DNA of 64,000 nt from Verrucomicrobiota bacterium (GCA_029974925.1 JARKQH010000168.1:888-64887), one strand, 5' to 3'. Counted from the stretch's first letter, positions 16,663 to 27,165 are shown. The notes: generated from the letters alone by a model not told the origin. Program-made: numbers and translations.

Positions 16663-16750
16663 GCGCCCGCCCGGACAGGGCCGGGGGCGAATTACTAAAC
16701 AAAGCTAAATTATCCTTGCGCCGCCCCCGCCTTTGGGTTCAATTGCGCCC

Positions 16751-18310
16751 ATGAATCGAACATGCCTTCTCTTGCTGACGGGTTTCCCGGCCCTGTTTGC
16801 CCTCGCCTCCTCCGCCGCCGAATCCTCCGCCGCCCCGGCCCGGCTGATCCTGAGGGCTGATCAGGCCCGGCAGCAAATCAGCCGCAACATTTACGGTCAT
16901 TTTGCCGAACACCTGGGCCGTTGCATCTATGAGGGAATCTGGGTCGGCGAGGACAGCCCCATTCCCAATACGCGCGGGATTCGCAATGACGTGGTGGCGG
17001 CGCTGAAAGCGATCCGGGTGCCTGTGTTGCGCTGGCCGGGGGGCTGCTTTGCCGACGAATACCACTGGAAGGATGGCATTGGCCCCCGCCACCAGCGTCC
17101 GGCCATGATCAACACCCATTGGGGCGGGGTGGTGGAAAACAATCACTTTGGCACGCATGAGTTCATGGACCTGTGCGAGCAGCTTGGAGCGGACCCGTAT
17201 GTGTGCGGCAATGTCGGCAGCGGCTCGGTCCAGGAGATGATGGAGTGGGTCGAGTACATGACCTCGGATGCCGATTCGCCGATGGCCAATCTGCGGCGCA
17301 AAAACGGGCGCGACAAGCCGTGGCGCCTCCCGTATTTCGGGGTGGGGAACGAGAGCTGGGGGTGTGGCGGCAATATGCGGCCCGAGTATTACGCCGATCA
17401 GTACCGGCGTTACAACACCTTCGTAAAAAACTACGCCGGCAATCGCATCTATCGAATTGCCTGCGGCGCCAACGCCTTTGACTTTCGCTGGACCGAGGTG
17501 CTCATGGCCGATGTCGGGCGCCGCATGAACGGCTTGTCACTGCACTTTTATACGGTGCCCACCGGCAACTGGGGTCGCAAAGGTTCCGCGACCCGCTTCG
17601 ACGAGCCGCAATGGCATTCCACCATGCGCGAGGCGCTTAAGATGGAGGACTTGGTCCGGCGTCATGGGGAAATCATGGACAAGGCGGACCCGCAAAAACG
17701 CATTGGCATGATCGTGGATGAGTGGGGGGTCTGGCACGATGTCGAGCCCGGAACCAATCCCGGTTTCCTGTACCAGCAGAATACGCTGCGGGACGCCCTG
17801 GTGGCGGGGCTCACCCTCAACATCTTCAACAATCACTGCGACCGGGTCAAAATGGCCAACATTGCCCAGACCATCAATGTCCTTCAGGCCATGGTGCTCA
17901 CGGACCGCGAAAAGATGCTGGTGACCCCCACCTATCACGTGTTCGAGATGTATGTGCCCCACCATGATGCCATGCTGGTTCCCGCCGAACTGCAGGGGCC
18001 CGAATACGAACTTGACGGTCAAAAGATTCCGCAGGTCAGCGTGTCGGCCTCCCGGGACAAGAATGGCCGCATCCATGTCAGTCTGTGCAACCTGAGCCCC
18101 GCCACGCCCGTTCGCCTGAGCTGCGACCTGGAGGGGGGCAAGGTGGGCGCCATGAAAGGGCGCGTCCTCACCGCGCCTGAAATCAACGCTCACAATACTT
18201 TTGAGCGGCCGGAAGCGGTCAAGCCCGCCCCGTTTGAGGACTTCACGCCCACGCAAAAGGGCTTTGAGACCACCCTTCCGGCAAAATCAATCGTGGTACT
18301 GGAATTGTAA
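16751..18310 (+). CDS. abfA: GH51 alpha-L-arabinofuranosidase, secreted
   Basis: [35 protein letters not shown] and [12 protein letters not shown], preceded by a signal peptide. Confidence 0.85.
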   Translation: MNRTCLLLLTGFPALFALASSAAESSAAPARLILRADQARQQISRNIYGHFAEHLGRCIYEGIWVGEDSPIPNTRGIRNDVVAALKAIRVPVLRWPGGCFADEYHWKDGIGPRHQRPAMINTHWGGVVENNHFGTHEFMDLCEQLGADPYVCGNVGSGSVQEMMEWVEYMTSDADSPMANLRRKNGRDKPWRLPYFGVGNESWGCGGNMRPEYYADQYRRYNTFVKNYAGNRIYRIACGANAFDFRWTEVLMADVGRRMNGLSLHFYTVPTGNWGRKGSATRFDEPQWHSTMREALKMEDLVRRHGEIMDKADPQKRIGMIVDEWGVWHDVEPGTNPGFLYQQNTLRDALVAGLTLNIFNNHCDRVKMANIAQTINVLQAMVLTDREKMLVTPTYHVFEMYVPHHDAMLVPAELQGPEYELDGQKIPQVSVSASRDKNGRIHVSLCNLSPATPVRLSCDLEGGKVGAMKGRVLTAPEINAHNTFERPEAVKPAPFEDFTPTQKGFETTLPAKSIVVLEL

Positions 18311-18366
18311 GACGACGCCGGCTGGTTCGGCGGCGACAGCCGGCAGCGCTGCGTCTGAATCCGCCA

Positions 18367-20304
18367 TCAGTTTGGCGCCGGTTGAGCCGCGGTTTTCCGA
18401 CTGGCGGGGGGCGGGTTCTCGCCCGCCTGGGTGGCGAAGCTTCTCCAGTATCGCAGCGGAATCAATCCCAGGGCGATAAGCCCGATTTGGGTGGCATTGA
18501 ACAGCATCAGCCACTTGAATGCCGCGTCCATGAAACCATACGAATGGAGGCCGACTCCCAGCATGTTGACGCCAAACCACGAAAAGGCGGTCACAATATT
18601 GCCAAAGATGGCCATGTTCATCAGGCCACGCTCGCGGATCATTCCGCCCCACCGCGCATGCAGGATGATGCCATTCCAGAGCACAATGATCAGCGCGCCA
18701 TTTTCCTTCGGGTCCCAGCCCCAGAACCGGCCCCAGGATTGATCCGCCCAGATGCCGCCCAGGACCGTGCCGACAAAGCTGAACAGCGTGGCAAAACACA
18801 CAATGCCATACACCATGCGGCCCAGGCTCTGGGCCGTCTCGCGGCTCAGGGTGGTGGTCAACAGCCCGCGCAGGATGTAAACAATGGCCAGGAAGCCGGC
18901 CACAAAGGTCGCTGCGTAACCCAGCGTGATGGTAATGACGTGGGTGGCCAGCCAGAAGTTGGTGTCGAGGACGGCGCGCAGCATTTCCATCGTATCGCCG
19001 CCCAGCGCCAGATTGTGGGCGATGATCTGCGTCACCGCCCCCACCGCGGCGGCCGTCACCACGCCAATGCCGTCCCGGTAGATTCGCTCCAACACCAGGC
19101 CCAGGGCCACCGCCGCCCAGCCGATGAACACCGCCGAGGAATACAGATTGGTCACGGGCGGCCGGCCCTCCAGAACCATGCGGAAGATCAGGCCGGCCGT
19201 ATGCACCAGCCACGCCAGCACGGTGATGTAGTAAGCTGACCGCCGGAGGGTTTCCGACCAGTTGAACCAGGAAAAACAGCCCAGCACAAACGCCACCAGG
19301 TAAATGATCATGGCGTGGAGAAACGCCTGGAGCTGGTTGTAGAAAAACTCCGCGCGGCTCTTGCTGACAGCATTGGGCAGCCGGCTCGCCAGCCATTCCC
19401 GATACTGGTCCAGCGCCGTGTTGAAGGCCGCGGCATCGTTCCCGCGGTAGGCGCTGGCCATCCGCGCATACCAGTTCACGGCGGGGTGAAGCTCGTGTCC
19501 GTGCAGCGCCGCATTGAACACCACCTGCCCCATGTTCTGCCACGCCTCGGGATTGGCCAGCGGGTCCGCTGGCGGCACCAGGAGGGGATAGGCGAACCGC
19601 GCCATGAAATCATATTGGCTCAGCGTCCCAACGAACTGGTTGAACACCGCTCGATCATAATCCTGCTTTGCTTCGCGCGCCTTCAAGGCCGCCAGTCCGG
19701 AGGGGGCCAGGTTCTGAAGAGCCGCCAGTTCCGCCGCGAAGTCCTGGGTGCGCTCGGGCTGGTAACTGTTCTTGAGGCGTTTATACAGCGTCAGGGCATT
19801 GTAGATCTTGGCGACCTGCTTTTGATACGCCGTTCGCGCCTGCGTCTCGATCTTCATGACCTGCGACCCCTCCTTTTCAAGGGTCGGAATCGCATTCGTC
19901 AGCTCGTTATAGGTGAAGTAGAACAGCCCGGATTTTTCCTTCCCTTTGCCGCGCAGGTTCAGCTCATTGAGCAGATCGGGGTGGTGAATGAGGAAGATCG
20001 GCCGCTGATCAGCCAGTTCGGGTTTGAGCATCACTTCCAGCAGCCACTGCGTGGCTTTGAGCTTCTCGGGATGCTTCCAGAACTCATAGGACTTCTTTTC
20101 CTCCAACGGCACGCTGGCCGTGCCCCGGATTTGAAGCAGGGCGTTTCGGCCCACTGAATCAAAGGGCTGAACGCGGCCGTTTAAGAGCACGGGCAGGCGG
20201 CCGAAGTCCTGCAAATGCAAATCCTTGTCCGGTTTGGGCAGCAGGATGGCGACAATCTCCGCCACGAAGACGGCGAGTATGAGCCAGGGAATCCATTTCT
20301 TCAT
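18367..20304 (-). CDS. ccsA: cytochrome c biogenesis protein CcsA/ResC (System II), long form
   Basis: WWD-type motif WGRFWGWDPKENGAL and multiple TM segments. Its ATG overlaps the resB stop (ATGA). Confidence 0.9.
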   Translation of the reverse strand: MKKWIPWLILAVFVAEIVAILLPKPDKDLHLQDFGRLPVLLNGRVQPFDSVGRNALLQIRGTASVPLEEKKSYEFWKHPEKLKATQWLLEVMLKPELADQRPIFLIHHPDLLNELNLRGKGKEKSGLFYFTYNELTNAIPTLEKEGSQVMKIETQARTAYQKQVAKIYNALTLYKRLKNSYQPERTQDFAAELAALQNLAPSGLAALKAREAKQDYDRAVFNQFVGTLSQYDFMARFAYPLLVPPADPLANPEAWQNMGQVVFNAALHGHELHPAVNWYARMASAYRGNDAAAFNTALDQYREWLASRLPNAVSKSRAEFFYNQLQAFLHAMIIYLVAFVLGCFSWFNWSETLRRSAYYITVLAWLVHTAGLIFRMVLEGRPPVTNLYSSAVFIGWAAVALGLVLERIYRDGIGVVTAAAVGAVTQIIAHNLALGGDTMEMLRAVLDTNFWLATHVITITLGYAATFVAGFLAIVYILRGLLTTTLSRETAQSLGRMVYGIVCFATLFSFVGTVLGGIWADQSWGRFWGWDPKENGALIIVLWNGIILHARWGGMIRERGLMNMAIFGNIVTAFSWFGVNMLGVGLHSYGFMDAAFKWLMLFNATQIGLIALGLIPLRYWRSFATQAGENPPPASRKTAAQPAPN

Positions 20305-21449
20305 GCCGTCCTCCGTTTCCTGACGAAACCCATCATGTGCATCATGAATTGAATGATCAGCCCCGCGGACACCAGAATGCAGGCAAAGTAGGGCGCCAGC
20401 CAGCTCGGGTTGCGCACGACCTGGAGAATGGTGCCCTCGTTATCCGTGTCAAAACTGGCCTGGTAATAAGTCTCCCCGGCGTAGCGCAGGGGGTTGTTCA
20501 TGTAAATCAACACCTCGCGATCCTCGCCCGTGTCCGGCCGCATCACCCGCACGCGGCTCGAGAAGTTCTTGGGGATGTCCGTGCCGGGATACACATCGTG
20601 CCGGAAATCCAAAAGCTGAATGCTGTAAGGCTTGTAAAGCCGGGTCCGGCGCAGCGACAACTCGTAGGTCCGGCCTTCGTGGGTGAAACGCTGGGGCTGG
20701 TTGATGTAGCCCGAAACCAGCCACGTGCCCAGCGAATTGCCGCCACTCCGCAATTCAATCACGGCGCTGGGCACGTTGCGTTTATCCATTGCGGTCACCG
20801 GCGGTTTTTCCTCCACGACGAGCTGCGGGCCAAAGCCCATGGTGGCCGGCGGCGGTTCCTTGGCGTCCTTGGCCCGGTCCGCCAGAACCGAATTCACGTA
20901 GAACTTGCGAACCTCCACCGCGAAGGGGAGCGCCTCATGCTGAATTGGATTGGGTTTGAGCAGGCGCCGGTAATCAATGGCCACCACTTTATCCGAGTCT
21001 CGGTCCGTCACGTCCGCGATGGCCAGTTCCACATCCGTGTCGGCTTCCGTGTAGTTCTTGGTTTCACCTTCGCGCAGATGCAGCATGCTTTCCTGGGAAA
21101 GCAGGTCCGTCAGCAATTGCCCCACCAACAGGAGGATCAGGCCACTGTGGACGAGGAACAACCCGATCTTTTTGCGGCTGAGCTCGAACCGTTGAATATG
21201 CGCCGCAATGAGGTTGATCAATAAAACCGTGCCCACCAGGTAACCACCCGGGAAGATTGGAATCTTCAGACCGCTCCCCTCCGGCTTCCAATAAATGAAC
21301 AGGCTGCGAAAGAATTCGTTCTGAGCTTGATACAAACCCATCTCGACTTGCGCCATCGTGCCCCAAAAGACCAGCACGAGCCCCAGCCCAAGACAGACCA
21401 CGGTGAGCTTCAAGGAGCTGAAAAACTGAATAATCCGATCAAGAAGCAT
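20301..21449 (-). CDS. resB: cytochrome c biogenesis protein ResB/Ccs1
   Basis: N-terminal FFSSLKLTVVCLGLGLVLVFWGT. ResB-like topology: TM segments, a large loop, and a C-terminal TM. Confidence 0.85.
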   Translation of the reverse strand: MLLDRIIQFFSSLKLTVVCLGLGLVLVFWGTMAQVEMGLYQAQNEFFRSLFIYWKPEGSGLKIPIFPGGYLVGTVLLINLIAAHIQRFELSRKKIGLFLVHSGLILLLVGQLLTDLLSQESMLHLREGETKNYTEADTDVELAIADVTDRDSDKVVAIDYRRLLKPNPIQHEALPFAVEVRKFYVNSVLADRAKDAKEPPPATMGFGPQLVVEEKPPVTAMDKRNVPSAVIELRSGGNSLGTWLVSGYINQPQRFTHEGRTYELSLRRTRLYKPYSIQLLDFRHDVYPGTDIPKNFSSRVRVMRPDTGEDREVLIYMNNPLRYAGETYYQASFDTDNEGTILQVVRNPSWLAPYFACILVSAGLIIQFMMHMMGFVRKRRTA

Positions 21450-22566
21450 TCGAATACCTCGCGGATTTGACGAACTGAATGAAAGCGTCCTTTTCCCGGG
21501 CGACCAATTCCGCGTCGCCCATCAGTTTGTAAAACCAGGTGCGGCCTGGTTGTCCCACAATCGCTCCCAGAATCTTTGCCGGTTTGCCCGACTGAGGGTC
21601 GCTGCCCGTGATTTCCACCACCATAGCTTTGCCGCCCGCCGTCTCCAATTCCGCCACTTGCCCCCGAATTTCCGCTTCGCCCATTTCGGACAAACCCACC
21701 TGTTTACGCCACCGGTTGATGTTCCCGACCAGCCCGCCTCCATCTCCCGGAGACATGCTGACGTTGACGGCGGCCTGGACATCGTTCGGGCCGTTTACCA
21801 CAAACTTGCTGATCAGAAATGCGCCGGCTGCGACCTCCTTCCAGGTGGCCGGCACGGCCCATGCCGGTTTGCCCGCGCCACCGTCCTTACCGCTTGCCGC
21901 CGCAGGCATGGCGCCCATGCCGTCAATCGGCGGATGGTCGGGCGGCAGTTCTCCCTGCGGACTGGTGAAACGCATGGATTTGAGAAACTCCACGAAGAGG
22001 GGTTTGTTTTTCGCCACCAAGGCATCGTCCCCGGTCATCTTGAAAAACCAGGCGACCCCCTCCCGATGAAGAATTCCCGCCAGAATACGGGTCTTCTCGC
22101 CCGATCCGGGATTCTCCCCCGCCAGGTCAAATAATCGTCCCGGGCTTCCCGCGATGGAGACCTCCTCCGCCAGCTTTGCCAAGTCGCCCTCCGTAACCGC
22201 CGGCAGCCCAACTTGTGACCGCCAGCGATTTACATTTCCCAAATCCCCACCCGCAAGCCCGGGCAAGGGGAACACACCCACGTCTGCCGCGCTCGATCCT
22301 TCCTGAACCTTGAACGACGCCAAACGCATTTCCCCGGCAGCGACTTCCTCCCATCCGGACGGCACTTGATACTCAAGGCGAGGCAACCGGCTCCCTGGCT
22401 GTCCGTGCGCCTGCCCCATTCCGGGGGAACCCGATTTTGCCGGATCCTTGGCAACCCGGTAAACTCGCACCTCCTCCCGCTGGCAACCGCTCCCCACCAG
22501 AACGGCCAACAGCAAGCCCCACAACCAAGGCGAGGATTTCGAATCTATGATGCAAAAACTCACCAT
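21439..22566 (-). CDS. lipoprotein of unknown function with two homologous ~138-aa domains
   Basis: Lipobox LLLAVLVGSGC. Domain 1 (aa 79-216 of the ORF-track protein) and domain 2 (aa 250-387) share W.EV..G....F.V...., G.L.N[VI]NRWR.QVGL and WF[FY]K[ML].GD..LV. Its stop overlaps the resB start by 11 nt. Confidence 0.75.
   Translation of the reverse strand: MVSFCIIDSKSSPWLWGLLLAVLVGSGCQREEVRVYRVAKDPAKSGSPGMGQAHGQPGSRLPRLEYQVPSGWEEVAAGEMRLASFKVQEGSSAADVGVFPLPGLAGGDLGNVNRWRSQVGLPAVTEGDLAKLAEEVSIAGSPGRLFDLAGENPGSGEKTRILAGILHREGVAWFFKMTGDDALVAKNKPLFVEFLKSMRFTSPQGELPPDHPPIDGMGAMPAAASGKDGGAGKPAWAVPATWKEVAAGAFLISKFVVNGPNDVQAAVNVSMSPGDGGGLVGNINRWRKQVGLSEMGEAEIRGQVAELETAGGKAMVVEITGSDPQSGKPAKILGAIVGQPGRTWFYKLMGDAELVAREKDAFIQFVKSARYSNAS
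21454..22380 (-). repeat. internal coding duplication (two ~138-aa domains) of the ResB-linked lipoprotein
   Basis: Colinear protein-level similarity between nt 21967-22380 and nt 21454-21867. Confidence 0.7.
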
Positions 22567-22691
22567 GCTTAAGTACAGGCATTTGGACCCCGACGCAAGC
22601 AGGTTGTTCAACACAGGGCAAGAAAGGGTTACCGCGCCTGCCCCGTCTCATCCACGCCAAATCCAAACCCATCCCAAGGCCGATTCCAGGA

Positions 22692-22880
22692 TTGTCGAGG
22701 GCGGCTGCTTGTGCTAGGGTAGGGTGCGTGAGCTGGTTGACCAGGCAGGAACAAATGGTTCTCTGTATTGTGCTGGGCTTGCTGCTGACGGGCTTGGCGG
22801 TCAAGGCGTATCGGACCGCTCACCCACCGGCGGCAGTGACACCACCGGCATCACCCCAAGATGCAAGAAATCAGTTTTGA
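22692..22880 (+). CDS. possible small single-pass membrane protein
   Basis: One hydrophobic helix, MVLCIVLGLLLTGLAV. It overlaps the next start by 20 nt. Start codon uncertain and no family recognised. Confidence 0.3.
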   Translation: MSRAAACARVGCVSWLTRQEQMVLCIVLGLLLTGLAVKAYRTAHPPAAVTPPASPQDARNQF

Positions 22881-23289
22881 CGAGGCACTCGACCTGATCC
22901 GGTCCAAGGATCAACGTTACGAACGGGACGCCTACCTCTTTGTCAGGGAGGCGCTGGACTACACCCAGAAAACCATTGCCCGGGGCGGACGGGGAAGACC
23001 CCGGCATGTGACGGGACAGGAACTGCTTGCGGGGATTCGCGATTACGCGCTGGAGCAGTTCGGGCCCATGGCCGCCACCGTGCTGGAGCATTGGGGAATC
23101 CGCTCCTGCAGCGACTTTGGCGAGATTGTGTTCAACATGGTCGAGATTGGCCTTCTGGCCAAGACGCCCGAAGACAGCCGGGCGGATTTTGCCGAGGGCT
23201 ACGACTTTTTCGAGGCTTTTCAAAAGCCATTTCTGCCCTCCGGCAAACAGCGGCGCTCGTCAACCGCCAGGGCCTCCTCCGGGGTCTGA
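22861..23289 (+). CDS. conserved hypothetical protein, Minf_1886-like (PVC-restricted family)
   Basis: YERDAYLFVREALDYT...HVTGQELLAGIRDYALEQFGPMA...WGI....DFGEIVFNMVE.GLL matches my recollection of this family. Confidence 0.6.
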   Translation: MQEISFDEALDLIRSKDQRYERDAYLFVREALDYTQKTIARGGRGRPRHVTGQELLAGIRDYALEQFGPMAATVLEHWGIRSCSDFGEIVFNMVEIGLLAKTPEDSRADFAEGYDFFEAFQKPFLPSGKQRRSSTARASSGV

Positions 23290-23307
23290 CAAAGACCGGC
23301 CAAGCTC

Positions 23308-25935
23308 ATGCCCGCCAAAGTGCTGCCGGATGCTGCGCCCGGCCTCCTCCCCGCCGTGCCTCCCGGTGTGCGGCTGACGACACTGGAAAACGGACTGACG
23401 ATCATTGTCCGGGAGGATCACAGTGCTCCCGTGGTGTCCGCCCAGGCATGGTGCATGGCGGGGAGCATCCACGAGGGACGATGGCTGGGGGCGGGGCTTT
23501 CGCACGTGCTCGAGCACATGTTGTTCAAAGGCACCAGCCGCCGTGCGGGCAGCCGCATTGATCAGGAGGTGCAGGAGGCGGGGGGCTACATGAATGCCTA
23601 CACCTCCTTCGACCGCACCGTCTTTCACATTGATGTTCCCAGCACCGGCGCGGCCGTGGCTCTCGACATTCTGTGCGATATCATGCAGCACGCCACGCTG
23701 CCTCCGGACGAGCTGGCCAAGGAAATGGAAGTCATCCGCCGCGAAATGGACATGAACGTGGATGACCCGGACCGGCGGGCGGGGCGGCGCCTGTTCGAGA
23801 CTGCCTACACGCGGAGCCCCTACCGCTTTACCGTGATCGGCTATCCGGACATCTTCAACGAGTTGAAGCCGGAGGATATCCGAGCTTACTACCACGAGAA
23901 GTATGCCCCCAACAACGTGTTCTACGTCGTGGCCGGCGACGTGGCTGCCAGCACCGTCATTCAGCAAATCCAGGAAGCCTATGCCGGAGCCAGAGCCCGC
24001 CCCATCGCCCCCTTTGTCCTGCCCGAGGAACCTCCGCAAACAGCGCCTCGCGAGGTGATCGAAGAGGCGCCCATTGAACTGGCTTATCTGCACCTTGCCT
24101 GGCACACCCCGGAGCTGCGCCATCCCGACGTGCCGGTTCTCGATGTTCTGGCTACGCTCCTCGGCAGCGGACGCAGTTCCCGCCTTTATCGTCAGGTGCG
24201 GGAAACTGAGGGTTTGGTGTACTCCGTGCATGCCTGGACTTATAACCCTGGGAACCCGGGACTCCTGGGCATCAGCGCCACGCTGGACCCCGCAAATCTT
24301 GATGCCGCCTCCGCGGCCCTCCTCGCCGAGGTGGAAAGAATGCAGACGGCTCCCGTCGAAGCCCGTGAGTTGGAGAAGGCAGTGAAACAGTTTATCGCCG
24401 GCACGCTGGCCATCCGCAAAACGATGCAAGGCCAGGCCCAGGATCTCGGCGCCAACTGGCTGGCAGCCAACGACTTGGGATTCTCGGATCGCTACCTCGC
24501 TGCCGTTCAACGTGTCACGCCCGCCGATTTGCAGCGCGTCGCTCGTCATTATTTGTCTCCCGACAGCAAAACGCTTTACGCGCTGGTGCCGGAAGGACGG
24601 GCGCCAAAGCGCGCTGCGCACATCGAATCGCTCTCTCAAAACCCCGTTCACAAGCTTGAGCTGCCCAACGGGCTGCGCCTCCTGGTCAAAGAGGATCACC
24701 GGCTTCCCTTCGTGGAGTTCCGCGCCGTATGCCGCGGCGGCGTCCTGAGCGAGAACCCCGCCCGGAATGGCGTTACTCAACTGATGGCCAAGATGCTGGT
24801 CAAAGGGACCGCGCGCCGGTCGGCGGAGGAAATCGCCGGCACAATTGAGTCGGCAGGAGGCAGCATCGAAACCTACGCCGGCAACAACAGTTTTGGTCTT
24901 AACGCGGAAGTCTTGAGCCCCGACTTTGACATCGCCTTGGACTTGGTCGCTGATGTCCTGCGCAATCCGTCCTTTCCCCCCGAGCCCCTCGAGCGGGAGC
25001 GCGAGGCTCAGTTGGCGGCCATTCGGGCGCAAAAAGACCACCTTCTGCAGAGCGCCTTCCGGTTGATGCGGCGTGAGTTGTTTGGTCCCTGCGCTTATGG
25101 GCTTGATCCCTTGGGGACGGAGGAGACTGTGCAGGTCTTGCAGGCCGGCCATCTGCGGGAGACGCATGGCCGGCTTGCTGTTCCGGACAACTGTGTGCTG
25201 GCCATTTTCGGTGATGTCCAACTCCCCGCGGTCGAAACCGCTGTACGAAAAGTGTTGGGGGACTGGAAACGGGGCGGCGGCGTGGTGCAGGCGGACTCGG
25301 GCCGCGCGGCGGCGGAGGAACGGACCACGGCAGGGAGCATGCGGCGGGTTCGGGAACTGCGGGACAAGAAACAGGCCGTGCTGGTGGTGGGTTACCCCGG
25401 CACAACCTTGCGTAGTCCCGACCGCTATGCATTGGATATTCTCCAGGAGGCCTGTAGTGACCTTGGGTCGCGGCTGTTTCTGCGGATTCGCGAACAACTC
25501 GGCCTGGCTTATTACGTGGGCGCCCAGAATTTCAGCGGCCTGGCGCCCGGCTTCTTCGCTTTCTACGCGGGCACCGCGCCGGAAAAAGCTGACTTGGTCG
25601 AGGACGAACTGCTTCGCGAAGTGGATTCGCTTTGCACCGAAGGCCTCACCGAGGAAGAGCTGAAGCGCATCAAGGCCAAAATCCTCGGGCAGAAGAAAAT
25701 CTCCCGTCAGGACCTTGGCGGCCTCGCCATGACCTCCGCGCTGGATGAGCTCTACGGCCTCGGTTACGACCACGGCGACCACGAGGACGCTCTCTATGAG
25801 GCGGTTACCCTCGCGCGAGTGAAAGAGGTTGCGGCGCGGCACTTCCGTCCGGAACGGGCGGTCATCGCCACGATTCTGCCGGAGCCAGGGCTCACGGAGG
25901 CGGGCGACCCGGCCGGGGGCGAAGCAGCAAGGTAA
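23308..25935 (+). CDS. M16-family zinc peptidase, double-length (PqqL-like)
   Basis: Inverted zinc motif HVLEH in GLSHVLEHMLFKG. Four M16/M16_C-like quarters. The second half lacks HXXEH. Confidence 0.9.
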   Translation: MPAKVLPDAAPGLLPAVPPGVRLTTLENGLTIIVREDHSAPVVSAQAWCMAGSIHEGRWLGAGLSHVLEHMLFKGTSRRAGSRIDQEVQEAGGYMNAYTSFDRTVFHIDVPSTGAAVALDILCDIMQHATLPPDELAKEMEVIRREMDMNVDDPDRRAGRRLFETAYTRSPYRFTVIGYPDIFNELKPEDIRAYYHEKYAPNNVFYVVAGDVAASTVIQQIQEAYAGARARPIAPFVLPEEPPQTAPREVIEEAPIELAYLHLAWHTPELRHPDVPVLDVLATLLGSGRSSRLYRQVRETEGLVYSVHAWTYNPGNPGLLGISATLDPANLDAASAALLAEVERMQTAPVEARELEKAVKQFIAGTLAIRKTMQGQAQDLGANWLAANDLGFSDRYLAAVQRVTPADLQRVARHYLSPDSKTLYALVPEGRAPKRAAHIESLSQNPVHKLELPNGLRLLVKEDHRLPFVEFRAVCRGGVLSENPARNGVTQLMAKMLVKGTARRSAEEIAGTIESAGGSIETYAGNNSFGLNAEVLSPDFDIALDLVADVLRNPSFPPEPLEREREAQLAAIRAQKDHLLQSAFRLMRRELFGPCAYGLDPLGTEETVQVLQAGHLRETHGRLAVPDNCVLAIFGDVQLPAVETAVRKVLGDWKRGGGVVQADSGRAAAEERTTAGSMRRVRELRDKKQAVLVVGYPGTTLRSPDRYALDILQEACSDLGSRLFLRIREQLGLAYYVGAQNFSGLAPGFFAFYAGTAPEKADLVEDELLREVDSLCTEGLTEEELKRIKAKILGQKKISRQDLGGLAMTSALDELYGLGYDHGDHEDALYEAVTLARVKEVAARHFRPERAVIATILPEPGLTEAGDPAGGEAAR

Positions 25936-26497
25936 GCGCGAGACAATCGTAGAGGGCGTGCGTGATGGCCGGCGTCAGCACGTTGGACGTCAAGAGATAA
26001 AGCAGACCGAAATACAGCCCGAAGAGACTCGCCAGCAGCGCGTAGAACCAGGTGATGCGGTGGGCAAGCCCAAACAGGGCGCTGGCAACCAGCAGGGCCG
26101 GCCCTTCGCCAAGCAAGTTGTGGAGGCTGTTCTGAAGGGCCCCGCGGAAAAAAGCTTCCTCACACAGACCGGCCAGGATTGAGATCACCAGAATCTGGAC
26201 TCGGGACCAGCCCGCGAACAGGGGATGCAGGAGGGATTGAAGAAAGGCGCGGTAGCGGACCAGGGGCGGCCAGGCAGAGCGCATGCACCAGGCGAAGAGG
26301 GCGGCGGCCGGGCCAACCGCCAGAAGTCCCAGAACTATATCGCCGAAATTCCAACGGCATTGGGCCGCCAGGGGATGCCCAATGAAGGAGCCCCAAGCGG
26401 CCGCAATTGCCAGGAGCGTCAGTTCGAGCGCGGCGCCACCGAGAAAGGACAGGCGCGGAGTCCGAGTCATGGAGAAAGTAAAAAGAAACAAGCGCAA
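25892..26497 (-). CDS. CPBP-family intramembrane glutamic endopeptidase (CAAX protease-like)
   Basis: Motifs GLCEEAFFRG, FGLAHR and THALYD. Its 3' end overlaps the convergent M16 gene by 44 nt. Confidence 0.8.
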   Translation of the reverse strand: MRLFLFTFSMTRTPRLSFLGGAALELTLLAIAAAWGSFIGHPLAAQCRWNFGDIVLGLLAVGPAAALFAWCMRSAWPPLVRYRAFLQSLLHPLFAGWSRVQILVISILAGLCEEAFFRGALQNSLHNLLGEGPALLVASALFGLAHRITWFYALLASLFGLYFGLLYLLTSNVLTPAITHALYDCLALTLLLRPRPGRPPP

Positions 26498-26572
26498 AAA
26501 GAAAGGTCAAACCCCGCCACGACGGGGAGTTGGGGCTTGGCAGCCTCCCGCGCCTTGCTCTAAGGTGAGGCC

Positions 26573-27109
26573 GTGACAGGGTTTCTGAGATACGTGGGCT
26601 TGTTCAATGCGGCGGTGTGGTTTGGGGCCGCAGTGGGGTATGCGGTGTGCATCGCGCCCGTGTTCAGCTCAGCCGCGCTCGAGGGACTGCTCGGGCCCAA
26701 GAACTTCCCCTATTTTTCCGTGGCCATCGGCCACGTGGCGGCCGCGCGGTTTTATCATCTCTGCCTGGTCTGCGGGGTGATTGCCCTCCTGCACTTGGGA
26801 GCGGAGTGGATCTACCTGGGCAAAACGCCCAAACGGCGGTGGGTGTCGGCTGTGTTGGGACTGTTTTGTATCGCCTTGTTCGAGACGGCCTGGCTGCAGC
26901 CGAAATTGAGCCGGGAACATGGGGCCCGGTTCGCGTTGAATTCGACGGCGGCCGAGCGCGCTGCCGCGGCCAAGTCCTTTGCCCTCTGGCTCCGGGTTTC
27001 ACAAGGGTTGAATGTCCTCTCGCTGGGGGGGCTGGGCCTCTATTTGTGGCGCGTGGGAACCAGCGCTGAGCCGCCGCGATTTGTGATCGCCCCGCGCTTT
27101 CGTAGTTGA
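26573..27109 (+). CDS. DUF4149/TMEM205-like membrane protein
   Basis: Four predicted TM helices and N-terminal FNAAVWFGAAVGYAV. GTG start in the track. Confidence 0.55.
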   Translation: MTGFLRYVGLFNAAVWFGAAVGYAVCIAPVFSSAALEGLLGPKNFPYFSVAIGHVAAARFYHLCLVCGVIALLHLGAEWIYLGKTPKRRWVSAVLGLFCIALFETAWLQPKLSREHGARFALNSTAAERAAAAKSFALWLRVSQGLNVLSLGGLGLYLWRVGTSAEPPRFVIAPRFRS

Positions 27110-27136
27110 CACAAATAGGCGGTTGACAATTTGGGA

Positions 27137-27165
27137 TTGTCACGGACCTTAGCATTGGCGATAAT
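27137..27165 (+). promoter_or_regulatory. candidate sigma70-like promoter (TTGTCA, 17 nt spacer, GATAAT) whose -35 lies inside a 7-bp inverted repeat
   Basis: TTGTCA at 27137-27142 and GATAAT at 27160-27165. The inverted repeat TGACAAT-ttggg-ATTGTCA spans 27124-27142. It lies 38 nt upstream of the 27203 ATG. Confidence 0.4.

Noticed and set aside
16663-16700. GC-rich imperfect hairpin (cgcccgcccgg-acag-ggccgggggcg) after pcd as an intrinsic terminator.
   Set aside because: The stem is imperfect and is followed by aattactaaa rather than a U-tract. It is too weak to annotate as a feature.
23260-25842. 860-aa ORF on the minus strand, almost exactly antisense to the M16 peptidase gene.
   Set aside because: The sense strand has clear family motifs (HXXEH and others). 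The antisense product is Arg/Gly/Pro/Ala-rich, low in complexity and motif-less. Long stop-free antisense frames are expected in GC-rich genes with GC-biased third positions.
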